DNA of 62,186 nucleotides, filler included, from Choristocarpus tenellus KU-1152 (GCA_964200185.2; 11 parts of 11 records of this genome joined end to end with filler, not necessarily neighbours in it), one strand, 5' to 3'. Counted from the whole stretch's first letter, positions 11,120 to 24,054 are shown. Notes: generated by a model not told the origin, from the letters alone. Translations and numbers: made by a program.

Positions 11120-14100
11120 CGTGATGACATTGTACCAATAGGGAAGACCGCTTGACTCATCTAGACACTCTGTCCATTTTGCCCTCCCATCCTCTGGTTG
11201 AGAAAGAGATGCTGGATCCCAGGCACTTTGGCTGTCGCCTGCATTTACACTCTGACCCTTAGTTGATTCGGCACCTTCCTCTTGGTCATTTGGGTTTGTC
11301 CAGCTGGCCTCCTTCACAGTTAGAGAGACAGTTTGCCAAAAATGCAAAAAACAGGGGGAGAGCAATGAGAGTAGGGTTTGGGCAGATGCATCTGAGTGAA
11401 AGTATCTGAGAAGGTGTGAGCTTTTCCCTGTTTGTCCATTTGGGGCTTGGCTTCCCACGATTTTCTAATGACGTTTTAACTACTCCAAAAATGTTCTGAA
11501 GGAGGTAAAATGTATTATACATTATGAAAAGATGTGTCCGGAACAAGGATATTGATTGACATCTCCTAACAAACATGATAGCCAAAATTACACCAAATTT
11601 GCAACGTTGGATTTCGGGCCTCAAATGGACGCGACTCTACCCTCGAAGATGCTTTGACTCATCTTGCTCATGAGAAGAATGTGAGGGTTGTACTGTGGTG
11701 GTGCCAAGGGGGCAGGAGAAGGGATGCTACAGGGTGAAGGAATATGCTAATCAATAGCACATGCAGGCTACCCTCTTGGTCTAAGTGGTGCTCTCAGTAC
11801 CATACTGTCAACAACTCAGATTCCAACATCACATTTCTCTTCGTATTTCACTTGCATACCATACACACTCCTGGATGTAAGTTGTGTTGTTTTGGTGCAT
11901 AGGGAGGAGCAAGTCTCTGCATTGTCAATCTTGTAACTAGAGCTTTCATAATCATTGTGGTTGTTAGGATCAACATTGTGGCTATAATGCAGCAGAGCTG
12001 CTGATGCTAAGCTTAAAATGTGGAATGCTTGTCGTCCCGGTGTAGAGCCTTCAAATATGGAAAACACGAAAGGGTACTGAGTGAGCAGTCTACACAGGCT
12101 TCAATAGCTTGAGTGAGTTCTGCTCTTGGGACAAGGTTGGAGGTCTAGAGGCTCTGCACTTAGATTCCGATCTCCTTTTTACTCTACAATTAGTACATCT
12201 ACCAACCGGAGTGTACATCTCACTGTAGAAAAAAAGAATAACACACTAGGAGCAGATGCTATGATATTAATGCAAACTGAAAACAAGTGTAATTTGATGC
12301 AGATATGATATTCTAGTGGGCCGTCCTCTCCAACTCCTCTATTATGGGAAACCTACATCGCAATACACTATTCCAGCCATCATATCTCGATCTTTACAAT
12401 CTGACAGCAAGTTTCCTGTCCCCTCCCACCCCTTCCAATGCCCCAGTACCAACATATTCGAGTCCTCTGTAGGTTGATACTGCTGTGGAGCCCTCAATAT
12501 TTCGAATCTGCGGACTCTGGCGACATCCGATAGGCTGGAGCCTCTCTGGTTGAGTTTTCAACCAAAAAAAATGTTCATTCGTTGTAGGACCTTTGACAGC
12601 AATTCTACATGGTTTGGGTACTGCCATACAATAGACAGAACTTTCATATCCAAGAGGGCACAATCTCTGCTCAAACAGGGGGCAAAAGTAGGCCTCACTA
12701 CAGTCCCAATTTCTAGTACACCCCTCTATTGTACACTGCAGCATGACAGAGTTCTCACAGTCCAAGATGGTAGCAAAGAGGACCAATATTTCTCTCACAC
12801 TCTCAAACTGCAGGGATGTAACACCACAAGCGGTGTACTTCAAGGATACAGACTCAAACTATGTAAGAAAATTTAAAGCATTATACCTAGGTCCTACGGT
12901 GATGCTAATGGTGGAAGCGAGCGAATCAACTCTAGATATCCAAAATAGAAACATTTATTTTCTTGGAAGGTAAGGTGTGTAGGCTAACTTGTAGACGAGT
13001 TAATGCTATTTCTTCTTGAAAGACTGAGTGAAACAATTTAAGAGGTGGGTTGATATCGACCCGTCTGAGTTTCAAGCCCTCCTTAAACATTGTGCAACAC
13101 ATAATATATATATATATATATATAAGGAACATATGTATTCATGCCTACTCCTTGGGCGGGGGAGAAGAGAGAGAAAGCGAATAACCTGAGCCAAAGTATA
13201 TTAGAGGGTAGAGCTGCGTCCATATGGGGTCCAAAATCCAATTCGGCGATCTTGATGTAATTTTGACTATTGTGTTTGTTAGGAAGATGTCAATACCCTT
13301 GTTCCGAACACACCTTTTCATAACGTATAAATTTTACCTACTCCGAAACATTTTGGAGCAGGAAAATGCTATAAAAAAAAACATAGGAAGCCAAGCCCCA
13401 AATGGACTAACAAGGCAAAACTCGTACCCTCTAAGGTACTTTCACTCACCTTTTCCACCTCCCTCAGCGGCTACAGGAAGGTGTGCATTGCTTTGTAACC
13501 ACGAATCATAACCCAACCCCCAACCCTAATCCCTGCCCTAACCTTAACATTAACTGCAACTGTAGTATGACTTATCAGAAACAATCACAGGAAGGTGGGG
13601 AGGGTCTTACCCTCGCAAGGGGTATGCTCTAAGGTTCCAAGTCCAATGTGACGTATATATGCGATTGGAAACGTTTTTTTTTTCACCTGTGTGACTGTGT
13701 TGAAGTAGTAGCTTGCCCCTGCACTCTCATCCCAGTACTCCACCCATTCCGCCCCCTCTCCCAAGGCATTCACGAGGGCCCCACTTCCACCGTCTCTTGC
13801 TATGTCTCCTGAGCTTGTGATCTCCAAGGCGTCACTGCCAGCGTCTACTGTGCCCTCACCAACAATTGATCCCTCCAAGGTTCTTCCAATGGTATCCAAC
13901 CGACTGGATACTCCCGCAACTATCTGGCCCTGGTTTCCCTCGATATTGGCTAATCCTGTCCCTAATGATGCCTGTGAGAGCTTGTCTGACGTGATATGGG
14001 AAGGTGCTGAAACTGGGTTGAGGTTTGGGGTTCCTTCAACCGATTGTAAATTTCCCTCTATGTTTTGCAAGCCCAGGGTTGGAACTCTGTCTGTAGAGAT

Positions 14101-14268
14101 TTCCAGTTGTGCTGCCTCGTTCTTGGGTTTCACATTGCTTTTGTATTCCCCCTCTGTGGGAGATGGGGCTGTGTTGATGTTGGAGGCATTTCTGAGACTG
14201 TTGAGCTCCCGCTCTCTTGTCTCCAGGGCGGCCTGCTTTTCCTCCAAGGCCCTGAGAGCCTCCTCTAC
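11120..14268 (-). CDS. Tandem WW-domain protein, internal exons 14268-13687 and 11311-11120
   Basis: Splicing completes WW1 (AEWVEYWDESAGASYYFNTVTQ|EASWTNP); WW2 is KWTECLDESSGLPYWYNVIT|gtgagt. An N-terminal coiled coil (VEEALRALEEKQAALETRERELNSL) precedes them. All junctions are GT-AG, phase 0. Confidence 0.85.
11394..11660. mobile_element. MITE family B, TSD ATCT (intronic)
   Basis: atct|GAGTGAAAGTATCT...GATGCTTTGACTC|atct. Confidence 0.85.
13188..13447. mobile_element. MITE family B, TSD ACCT (intronic)
   Basis: acct|GAGCCAAAGTATATTAGAGGGTA...TACCCTCTAAGGTACTTTCACTC|acct. Confidence 0.88.
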
Positions 14269-15402
14269 CTGTTGTTGGGTTAGGATTAGGGATAGAGTTG
14301 AGGTTGGTGTTGCGTTAAGGGTTAAGTTTAATTGAAGTTTTGCCAGGCGAAACATCCTTTCGATTGGGATCTCTGAATATATTATCTCCATCCAATGGTA
14401 CCTTCACCCTGCAACACACTGCAACCCCTTCTCTTTGTAATGCCATATTAAATATACTCCGCACATTGTAGTGTTATGTCATTCAATCTAGTCCTGAAGG
14501 TGCCTCACAGTGATCATATTGATTGGATTGCTTAGAGCTGAGGGCAAATCAGATGTGGGTGAGCGGAGAATTATGCCAATAGGAAGGGTTTACCCAACAG
14601 GTCTAGATACAGATTGGATACCATGACATATTTTGTGTGGAAGACGAAAGGACAGGGAATGGATGACACTAGCCATCTGTCGCAGTTTGCATTATCCAGG
14701 TTATACAATATTGCCGATAGAAGCACAAACACTGTCGGAGGAGATATTTTCAGGATCAGTTGGTTCAAATGAACAAGTAGGTATGATACAATGGTATTGC
14801 TAGCCTTTCCAGGTGGTGTCATTTGATGAGTGACATGCCTGTATTTTGGCATCACACAACTCAACGTATCATGAGACTAAGTCGCACAATTTAGAGCAAT
14901 GTCCCATTGTGAAATAAGCACTGAGCAAAAAGAGCGGTTTCAGGTGGTGAACGTTGACAATAGTTGTATTAATTATTCCCTTTATTGGCACTTTGGCGGT
15001 ACCTTCAAATTCGAGTCAGTGTATTGTTTGAAACAGCATAGTCGCACTAATCATGGGATTAACCTTGCAAGGATTCAGCACCAAATTCTCCAGAGTGTAC
15101 AAGTTCAACCATAGGGCTGCTATGTGGTTGATATTCTGTTGAGTTCCAGTTAAGTGTCAGACAGATGGGATACTTGTGTGGAAATTTGATCAAGTAGTAA
15201 GCATAGCAATATGTGCTACATATGATAGACGAGGTAGCCTATATATTACGCGGGAAGACTCTTTCCTCCGGAACCTTAGGATTGGGTCAAAGTACCTGGG
15301 GGNNNNNNNNNNNNNNNNNNNNNNNNNNNNNNNNNNNNNNNNNNNNTTAATTAATTAANNNNNNNNNNNNNNNNNNNNNNNNNNNNNNNNNNNNNNNNNN
15401 NN

Positions 15403-15473
15403 AAACACATGGGAAGCCAAGCCCCAAATGGACAAATAGGGCAAAACTCGTACCCTCTAAGATACTTTCACTC
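15403..15473. mobile_element. MITE family B right end at contig start
   Basis: ggaagccaagccccaaatggac...taccctctaagatactttcactc. Confidence 0.75.
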
Positions 15474-16382
15474 GTAGATGTCAAAACACTAAGTTCCATG
15501 GTCGATGGAAACCCCCCAAAAAACGACACATCCAATGCACAAAGGACAAGCAATCCACATGATGTACAAGCAGCCAAGACCCACGTGCAAACCAATGCGA
15601 AACCGAAATGCAGAGGCGACTTGTATGTCCGTATAATGTGCAACCACGCGGAGACCCATATGCACTTCTCCATGTCCGCCGTTTCGCTGCTTGAGGGGGC
15701 ACGTAAAAGGCTTGTCTGGTGGGTGACCCACCCGCGCTCCTTGTGTGACCCCTACCCTTGCCCTTGCCCCTGGCCCGACCCGCCGCTTCCTTCCCCACTG
15801 ATCCAGACCCTTTGCTGCCCTCCTGTGCCATGGGGCAATTGATACATAATCGATCCTTGTGCCTCTCGTCGCCTACAATCTCCACGTAGGCACATTCGCC
15901 TTTATGCGTGATGGAGCACTTTGGGCATGAATACCTGTCGCGCGTGTCATTGGAGAGCGTTAAAGAGGCAGGATAGTATTTTTCCAAATAATTAATTGGG
16001 CGCAACAACGCAACGCGGGGATCCACGTTTACGAAGTACCACGAAATTGGTGGCGCAAAACAGCATGATGTAGTACAGGTGAGATACAACAGTCAGTGAT
16101 GTACATGCATTAACACACAATCGGATAGTGGAAAATAAAGAGACGTGGGGGTAACGACCGCAGTGCCACACACAGAGGGACCCCGCAAGTTCCATCGGTT
16201 TAATGGCGTGCACCGCTGAAAAGAGACAAACTAGTTAGCTGTTCGGGGATTGGAAGGAAACCAATCTTACGCCATTAATTACCCGCCATCCCCGTGTGCA
16301 CCGTTACAACTACGTTACTCACCGAGACGTAGGTGGAGGATTGCATTCAGTACAGCAAATGCCCGCGTTCCACCCTCCATGG

Positions 16383-16642
16383 GAGTCAAAGTATCTTAGA
16401 GGGTATAGCCGCGTCCGTTTGGGTGCCAAAATCCAATGTTGCGATTTTGATGTAATTTTGACTATTGTGCTTGTTAGGAAGTGTCAATATCCTTGTTCCG
16501 GACACGCCTTTTCATAACGTGTACGTTTTACTGCTCTGAAATGTTTCAGAGTAGGTAAAACGTCATAAAAAAACCCTGTGGGAAGTCAAGCCTCAAATGG
16601 ACAAACAAGGCAAAAGTCGTACCCTCTAAGATACTTTCACTC
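16383..16642. mobile_element. MITE family B copy
   Basis: GAGTCAAAGTATCTTAGAGGGTA...TACCCTCTAAGATACTTTCACTC. Confidence 0.88.
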
Positions 16643-17392
16643 TGGCCGTTTTGTTCTTCTTCTGCACCAGGAACGCTGCCGACAGAACCCCCTTCGCCCG
16701 TATCCTCCCTGTCTGGCAGTCCGTCCCCTCCCTCGTCTTCGTCCCCTCCTTTGTGTTCGTCCCCTCCCTCGTTTCCATCCCCTCCTCTGTGTTCCCACCC
16801 TCCCTCATCTTCTTTCTCACGGTCATCTGATGCCGATCTGTTGTTGCTCTCGACGTCTGCGCCGCCGCCATCATCGCCCCACCTGCTGTGAAACTGGTGG
16901 AGTTTGACCTGGTTGAGGATATCCTGGTATTTCCCATCCCAGGTGGAGAGAGGTAAGCGCGTAGAGTCGAGTCCTTCTCGATAATCTGGTGTTGAACATG
17001 GCGGAGGACGTTGTTGAGAGGAGGGGACGATGGTGACGTTAAAAAGAGGAGGGTGTAATGGAATTACGATAACATGTCAACCGAACGGAGCAAACCTTTC
17101 GGTTTATGCAGTGAACGTGTTTAATGGAGGCGGCTTGCGGGGCGAAATAGTTTGAAAGAAGTCTATGCCGAGGACGCCAGTCTGTCTGTAGGTTACGACA
17201 GTGACACGTGTTGGGCGCAGAAACGAGATACAGATTGACGAAGATCGTTGTCTAGAGTAGAAGGAAACGATTGGCTATTCCCACTATTAGCAATGAAAGA
17301 CTAGAACTGACAAAACAGCATCGTTTGTTGTAGGGAAGGTAACTCTGTCGCTCATGATGATGACGAAGACCCACTACCAATCCTACCAAGCG

Positions 17393-18516
17393 TCAACTAA
17401 TTGTTTTTGTACAAGCCATTTCAGCTGTAATTACCAACACAGGAGGCACACTCACGGCTCTGATCCGTTGCAGAGGTTTCATTCCGACTACCGTCGCGAT
17501 GTTTGCCCTCAGCTGCCGGACGGTCCCTGCTTGTTGGTCGCCAGATGAAACCTTCTGCAGAAGTTGGGCCACCTCCCTCTTCCTCTCCTCGTGGTGGGGC
17601 TTGACCCAGATGTCGTGCATATTGCCCTTCTCATATCGAGCTTGTTCATTTCCCTGGCAGCCCGTGCATCATTCACGTAGCGTCCAAAAAAAAGTTTTGC
17701 AACAGCCAATAAGTGCGGTGCCGAAAAATATGTTGACAGTATATTTTGCAATTGAGGGGCGCATGGCCACGTATGGGTGCACAGGAGATACGGAAAAGGA
17801 AAAAAGGAAGATAACCGCTGTAACTTCCACCATTTACCAACCTTTGGAGCTCTGGTGTCCACTTCTCCTTGGGCAAAATCTGCCTGGTGCGCGAGACAAC
17901 CATCTCAGACATGTGCACGTCCGATTCGATCTCCTTGTAGTCCCTCGCCGTAGGAGTCTTCCCGTTGAACGACTTGTATCTGCAAAAAGAGAATGGCCAT
18001 GAACGACGTTAACAAAAACGATGCGCAGGTAATGATGACGAAAGGGTCGCCCATGCATTAAATATTCATGGATCGATTGTTGTACTTCATGACAGACAAC
18101 AACGCACATAAACAGGAAACACACACTGTTGGTAGAATCTACACAATCCTACGAAGGGTTCTTCGTTTGAAACAACAATGGCCGACAATATTCTTCATCG
18201 TAGGAGACACTTATTTCACGTCAATGTGCAATTTGCTGCGACCTGCATACATTGCGCTTACTGCTGTCTACACGATAAAACACAGTGGCGGTTTGACTTG
18301 CCTAGCAAGCAGATGGATGCATAGCCCCTGCTTGAGAGAAGTGAAGCCGGCAAACTTGTCGCGACAGAGATAGGTCAGTGTGACTGCGTAGCGGTCGACC
18401 TGTGATGCCGAGCTCTCACACACTTCCTTCAGTACCTCGAAGGACTCTGGTTTAAGGGACTTTACGCCTTTCTGCCCGTTTCGTACAATTGATTTCGACG
18501 GGGGAGTAACACCCAC
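17393..18516 (-). pseudogene. Decayed coding sequence, possibly a hAT-like transposase C-terminal half
   Basis: Frameshifted pieces SLKPESFEVLKEVCE..YAVTLTYLCRDKF, YKSFNGKTPTARDYKEIES..., LHPYVAM and HDIWVKPHHEE; only loose resemblance to hAT motifs. Confidence 0.3.
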
Positions 18517-18984
18517 CTTCGCGATGGGCAGAAAAGAAAAATATCATGCACCCAGTCAGCGAGGATGAGGCATCGTTATTACCGCACCAATGGAGTATGT
18601 ATGAATGAGGGGGGGTGTTATTCAGTGGCCTGGCCTAATGATGAAACAAACAAGGATATATTTATTGTTCTTCTGTGGTTAACCACACATTCATTCTACT
18701 ACCTGGTCACCCGTAAATCCATAGGTTGGTTGACAGGGTTCCTAAACGCGGGATAACTATATCAACTTAGGTAGAATAGGAGGACACAGAGGGATTTCAC
18801 AACAGCTGTAACCCAACTAGAGGAGGACTATAGCGCCACCATCCCACTAACGTTGACAACTCCNNNNNNNNNNNNNNNNNNNNNNNNNNNNNNNNNNNNN
18901 NNNNNNNTTAATTAATTAANNNNNNNNNNNNNNNNNNNNNNNNNNNNNNNNNNNNNNNNNNNNCCCCCCAGATACTTTGACCCT

Positions 18985-19125
18985 GGCATAGATGGGATTT
19001 GACCGCCCTTTTCCTGCCGTATCCTCCCTCTCCCCCTTTCCGTGTGCGTAGCCAACTCATCTAGAAAACATTCCGCTTGCTTACCAAGGCGTCCAAGACT
19101 TTCCACATGGAAGTTGAGGTTATAA
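18985..19125 (-). mobile_element. RLE-type LINE fragment
   Basis: Translates YNLNFHVESLGRLGKQAECFLDELATH. Confidence 0.7.
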
Positions 19126-19129
19126 CGAA

Positions 19130-19230
19130 TATTATGGAAAGCAAGTTTGTCTGTTATACCATTAGTACCGTATGTCATATACCATTATACTGATTGAGGT
19201 TGTTTTCTGAGGACTTCGGTTCAACAGTGT
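19130..19230. repeat. Dispersed ~100-bp repeat (second copy ~53990-54085)
   Basis: ccgtatgtcatatacc.ttatactgattgaggttg..ttctgag.actt is shared. Confidence 0.65.
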
Positions 19231-19694
19231 GGAGGATATTCGGAGGTATAGTGTTTTTCATATTTATATATTTTATTTGTTTAGGGCTTTATACTGACAT
19301 ATATATATATAGTTTTCATTTGTTTCCCCCCTGACACATCTACAAAATGTCAGACGGCGTAAGATTATATAATATTCGGAGGTACACCATAACTGGTAGT
19401 AAAATAGTAAATACTCGAGTAGATTAATGTTTTTCGCATTTATGACAAATGTTACTTCTTTTTTTTGGCATGTGAATAGTTTTCATTGATAGTAATAATT
19501 GGTGTGAATAGTTTCCATTAGTTTTTCCCATAACACACAGCAAAATCTCAGAGGGCATAGAAAAAAAATACTCGGAGGGATTGATTTTCCACGCCACCAC
19601 AGAATCACACGATTCATAATATACGAAGTTTGTTGTCATGTTTGGCTTGGAAAGTCTTCTACGTCTTACAACAAAACACTACTACACACTACTA

Positions 19695-20235
19695 TTTATT
19701 ATTATGCCCTCTGATATTTTCAAGATGTGTGAATTGAAAAACCAATGAAAGGTATTCACACCAACTATTACCATCAATTAAAACTATTCACATGAAGTAA
19801 GAGTTGTCATAAATGAATGTAAAAACATAGTCTATTTACTATTTTACTATCAGCTATGCTGTACCAATGCCTTCCTGTGCCTCCAACCTAGCTTATTACT
19901 GCACCCCAGGGTGAGGAACTAGGGAAGCATCCCAAGAATCTAACAAGCCCCTCCTTGCCCATCTGCCTGGCGACTCCAGCCTAAAACGTATGAAACGTCT
20001 AGACAGGGCCACCTGTGTTGTGACAGAGAGTATTTGTGGTAGGTGGGATTTGACCGCCCCTTTCCTGCTGTAGACTCCAGTCCCTCTCCCCTCTACTGTG
20101 TGGGTAGCTAGCTCATCCAGGAAACTGTCCGCTTGCTTACCAAGGTGCCCAAAACTTTCCACCGCAAAGGTGTTCAGGTTATAACTACGAGGGTCAAAAG
20201 AGCCCTCGCAGTGGGTGCGCTTTCGCGCCTGAGCT
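19695..20235 (-). mobile_element. 3' end of a non-LTR retrotransposon with a restriction-like endonuclease (CRE/R2-type), including 3' UTR
   Basis: YNLNTFAVESFGHLGKQADSFLDELA...QILSVTTQVALSRR fits the RLE C-terminal E-x-x-G-x-x-G motif. The UTR ends cagagggcataataa. Confidence 0.75.
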
Positions 20236-20509
20236 ACATACAGCAGTACCTACATAGTTGCATTGCTATTGTTTGTTGGTACTACTACTATTTCTATTAT
20301 TATGCCCTCTTTTTTGTAAAACTACTCTTTCATACAATATCCAAATACTTATTCTATTTTTTGTATTGTTATACTTACATATATGTGTATGTTATACGAT
20401 ATATATATATATATTGTTTGATAAGGTATATGTGGGTGTAGCTTCACACATGTACAATAACAGAGTCAAAGTAAGCGAGAGGTACATATAGTTGTATCTT
20501 GATACTCTA

Positions 20510-20986
20510 CAGTCGGTGTGCCTATATAAGAGAGGGTAGGGATAACAACAAAAATATCTCTTATATCCCGACCCTCTCTTATTGTATATAAGAGTGCTTA
20601 CCTCTTAAACCGAGGAGTCGTGATAAGAGAAACCTATGTTATCTCGAGCAACAGTGGTTGAAGGTATAGTGTGGCGGACCAGGAGTATTACCCTGTATGT
20701 TGCAGCTGGATCCCGCTGCGCAGGGCATCGTTACACCTGTACAGTATAGTCATCTAAATTTGATGTGATATACTTTTGTTATATTTTGCTTAACTTGGAC
20801 ATGGCTCTTTGGGAAACCCCATACTCAAGTAGTGAAAAAAAGTGCGGGTGTGCTCGATATAAGAGAGAATTGGCAGGAAAACGGCTAAACCTCTCTAATA
20901 GTGTGAAAAGTGGCGACAAGGAATTTACCCTCTCTTATATCCCTTTTTCTCTTATATTGACCTCTCTTATAAAGGTACACGGACTG
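20510..20986. mobile_element. Tc1/mariner-pogo type MITE, TA TSD
   Basis: ta|CAGTCGGTGTGCCTATATAAGAGAGG...CCTCTCTTATAAAGGTACACGGACTG|ta; TIRs match at 23/26; several internal ATAAGAG/CTCTTAT motifs. Confidence 0.85.
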
Positions 20987-21499
20987 TACTGACAAATATG
21001 TGCAAAGTTCGACTTTTCTTACAAATGTGTAGAGGATATTTCCGAATTGTCTGGAAAAGTTTCAAAGAATAGAGAAGTCAGCGCTCTCAACTTACACTTA
21101 GCACTTCATATACAGAAATTTGAGTGAATTGTAAAAGATTCGAAAACTGACTGAGAATGCAAAACGGTCAAAACCTGGGTACCTCGTTTACTTTGGATCA
21201 CAATATTAGTACTTAATTATGTAAAAACAGCACTAAGGGGTGTTGCAACACCATCATTCAAAACAGTAAAAAAATGACTGCCTGTCATTCATTAGTAACT
21301 TTCCCTGCAACACGATCGCCACCACCATAGAAAAACGTAGTAAATAACTTCTTACTTAGTATCATCTAATTAGAAAATGACTATCCTTATTCCTGTTCTT
21401 ATTTTCAATGTTGGAGGGCAAAACAATCAAAATAATGATTGGTGGTGTTGATAATCATGATATGACATGATGGCGATGATGATAATGACAATGAGCAAA

Positions 21500-21915
21500 G
21501 TGTTCTGGATGAGCTAGCTATGCACGCGGTAGGGGGGAGAGGGACTGGAGGCTATAGCAGGAAAGGGGTGGTCAAATCCCACCTACCACAAATACTCTCT
21601 GTCACAACACAGGTGGCCCTGTCTAGACGTTTCATACGTTTTTGGCTGGAGTCGCCAGGCAGATGGGCAAGGAGGGGCTTGTTAGATTCTTGGGATGCTT
21701 CCCTAGCTCCTTGCCCTGGGGTGCAGCAATAGCTAGGTTAGAGGCACAGGAAAGCATTGGTACAGCATAGCTGATAGTAAAATAGTAAATAGACAACTCT
21801 TTTTCACATTTATGACAGCTGTTACTTTTAAAGGGATTTTTCTTACATATGAATAATTTCCATGGTTTTTCTTTCTCTTGACACATCCGCAAAATGTCAG
21901 AGGGCATAATAATAG
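21500..21915 (+). mobile_element. RLE-type LINE 3' fragment with 3' UTR
   Basis: Close reverse complement of 19700-20120; ends gtcagagggcataataata. Confidence 0.8.
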
Positions 21916-22003
21916 TGTACATTACAATGAGCATGTGGGTCTAGTACTTACACAGTATTGGCGTAAATAGTGAAGAAATAAATAGTGAAAATAGATGGGT
22001 GAA

Positions 22004-22169
22004 GGCTCAAAGTATCTGGGGGGGGGGTGATGGCTGTCCATTCGAGGNNNNNNNNNNNNNNNNNNNNNNNNNNNNNNNNNNNNNNNNNNNNTTAATTAAT
22101 TAANNNNNNNNNNNNNNNNNNNNNNNNNNNNNNNNNNNNNNNNNNNNCCCCTCACAGATACTTTGGGTC
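22004..22169. mobile_element. MITE family A ends on either side of a linker
   Basis: tgaa|GGCTCAAAGTATCTGG...[gap]...CAGATACTTTGGGTC|tgaa. Confidence 0.65.
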
Positions 22170-24054
22170 TGAAGATAAGAAGGTGTGAAGCCTCACACGA
22201 CCCCCTTTGCTGAACGTGATTACATGGTTGAAATTAGAAGAATGACCTTTGTGGGGTCTCTTCTCATTGCTTGTTTTATTATTATTTGTGCTTCCTACAG
22301 AAGTCAACAATTAAGTCAAAGTAGTTGAATTCAAATCAACAAAACCTATACATATTCCATTCATAATTCTGATTTACTTTCTCATTAGTTACATCACATG
22401 GACTTAATCAAAATTACTATCTCTCATACACAAAATAAGGTGCACCTCACTATTGTCCTATTTTACACACTCCCCCATGAGAGTGCAGGCAATGAAAGAG
22501 TTGCTGGAACTCTCAACCCTAAAACATCTTATTGTGCACACTCCCATTCTGCACACTTCCCCATGAAAAATGGAATTAAAAGACGTCAGAGTGGTTCATG
22601 AGAGTGAATACCCCCCTGACTTTTTGGACCAGGGAGAGGATGAGAAGACTTCTTGGCAGGGGGGCTGCCAAGGGCGCAAATCTGTTATCTCCAGAAACCC
22701 CCCTACCACTTCCCAATCAGAGGTGGATAGCATCAACTCAAGGTTAGGTTAGAAGAGTGTATCACACGTTCCTATTTCCACGATATAGAACGTCATCCCC
22801 TCTACCTATTTTCCCTTGCACACTAAGTTTTACATCTTTTTGTCAAGTGATAATTCTGTTCCCCACCGTCTTGTATTTTAATGTGACCCCCTGCAGTAGT
22901 CAAGAGTGAGCTGTGATGTAGTTTGCAGACTGACTATTGAAGTCAGGGATATTATAACTACCTGAGGATTGAAGCAACATCTCAATGTTGTGACTCCTAT
23001 TTTGTTATCCCAAACAGAAGCAAAGAGCCCGTATCTCCATGCACTTCACTTCTATTGAGGTGTATTTCTTGTAAGTGGAAGGACTGTAGACCTCTACAAG
23101 ATAAATTATACTTCACGAAATTAGGACTTCAACTGCATCCAAGAACAGTAATAAATGTGCTTTGAAGCTTGAACATGGTCTCTGCATACATGCACCATCC
23201 ATGTGCAACGGACCATGCATACACAGACACGTACTCTGTAGGTGTCGCAAAAAATCGCGGGAGCTTCGTGCAAAGATAAAAACGACTGGTTGACAGCTTA
23301 GGGTCCACCACGAGAATCTCACATTTCCAATTCTAAATCAGATTTCACATTATCATAGCTGTAATGAGTAGCAGGAAATGTGCACGATTTATCTATTTAG
23401 TGTTTTGTCCCTGGTGGTACTTGACCTGTTATATGCCTCAACCCCATTTGATAGTGTGATATATTTGGCACCATGCAACAGAAACCTCACAAAAGGCTAT
23501 TTTGCCAATCAATGGAATCTCGCGGCACATGGCAGAGCCCTACTGATATTTGAGTTAAGTTTCTTCTCCCTGACCTATTTTCAAGATCCTACACCCCTAC
23601 ATAGTGAGGGACTGAGGGGTGAATGCACCACAAGAACATATTCTGTATTCCTACCTACCTGGAGCACTTGGGACCACTCTCGAATACAATATGCTGCAAG
23701 CATACAGTGTGGGCACGGGAGTTCAATAGAGGTGCATTTGATCTCTTGTGAGCAGATTCAATACAAATGCGAGTGGGGTGACCTCTTTTAGTGGTTCTTT
23801 GATAACTGAGGACTGGATAGATGATAGATGTCCCTACATAGAACCTAACCAATGTCATATCAGGTAGTGGGCTGGTCCCGACCATGCAGTCCAGGTCAAA
23901 GGGGAAGAAAATGACCCCTCAACCTGCTCTTGTTGACTCAGGGCTTTATCCCTAAAGTCTACATAGTACAACACAATTACCATGTGGTGTGTGATCACCT
24001 TCTCATCCTTCAGTTGGATGCCTGTCATACCGCAACCCAACAAAAAAAATCGTA

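Noticed and set aside
11816-12876. ORFs inside the WW-gene intron
   Set aside because: The WW domain is completed by direct splicing of 13687 to 11311, and these ORFs have no recognisable motifs.
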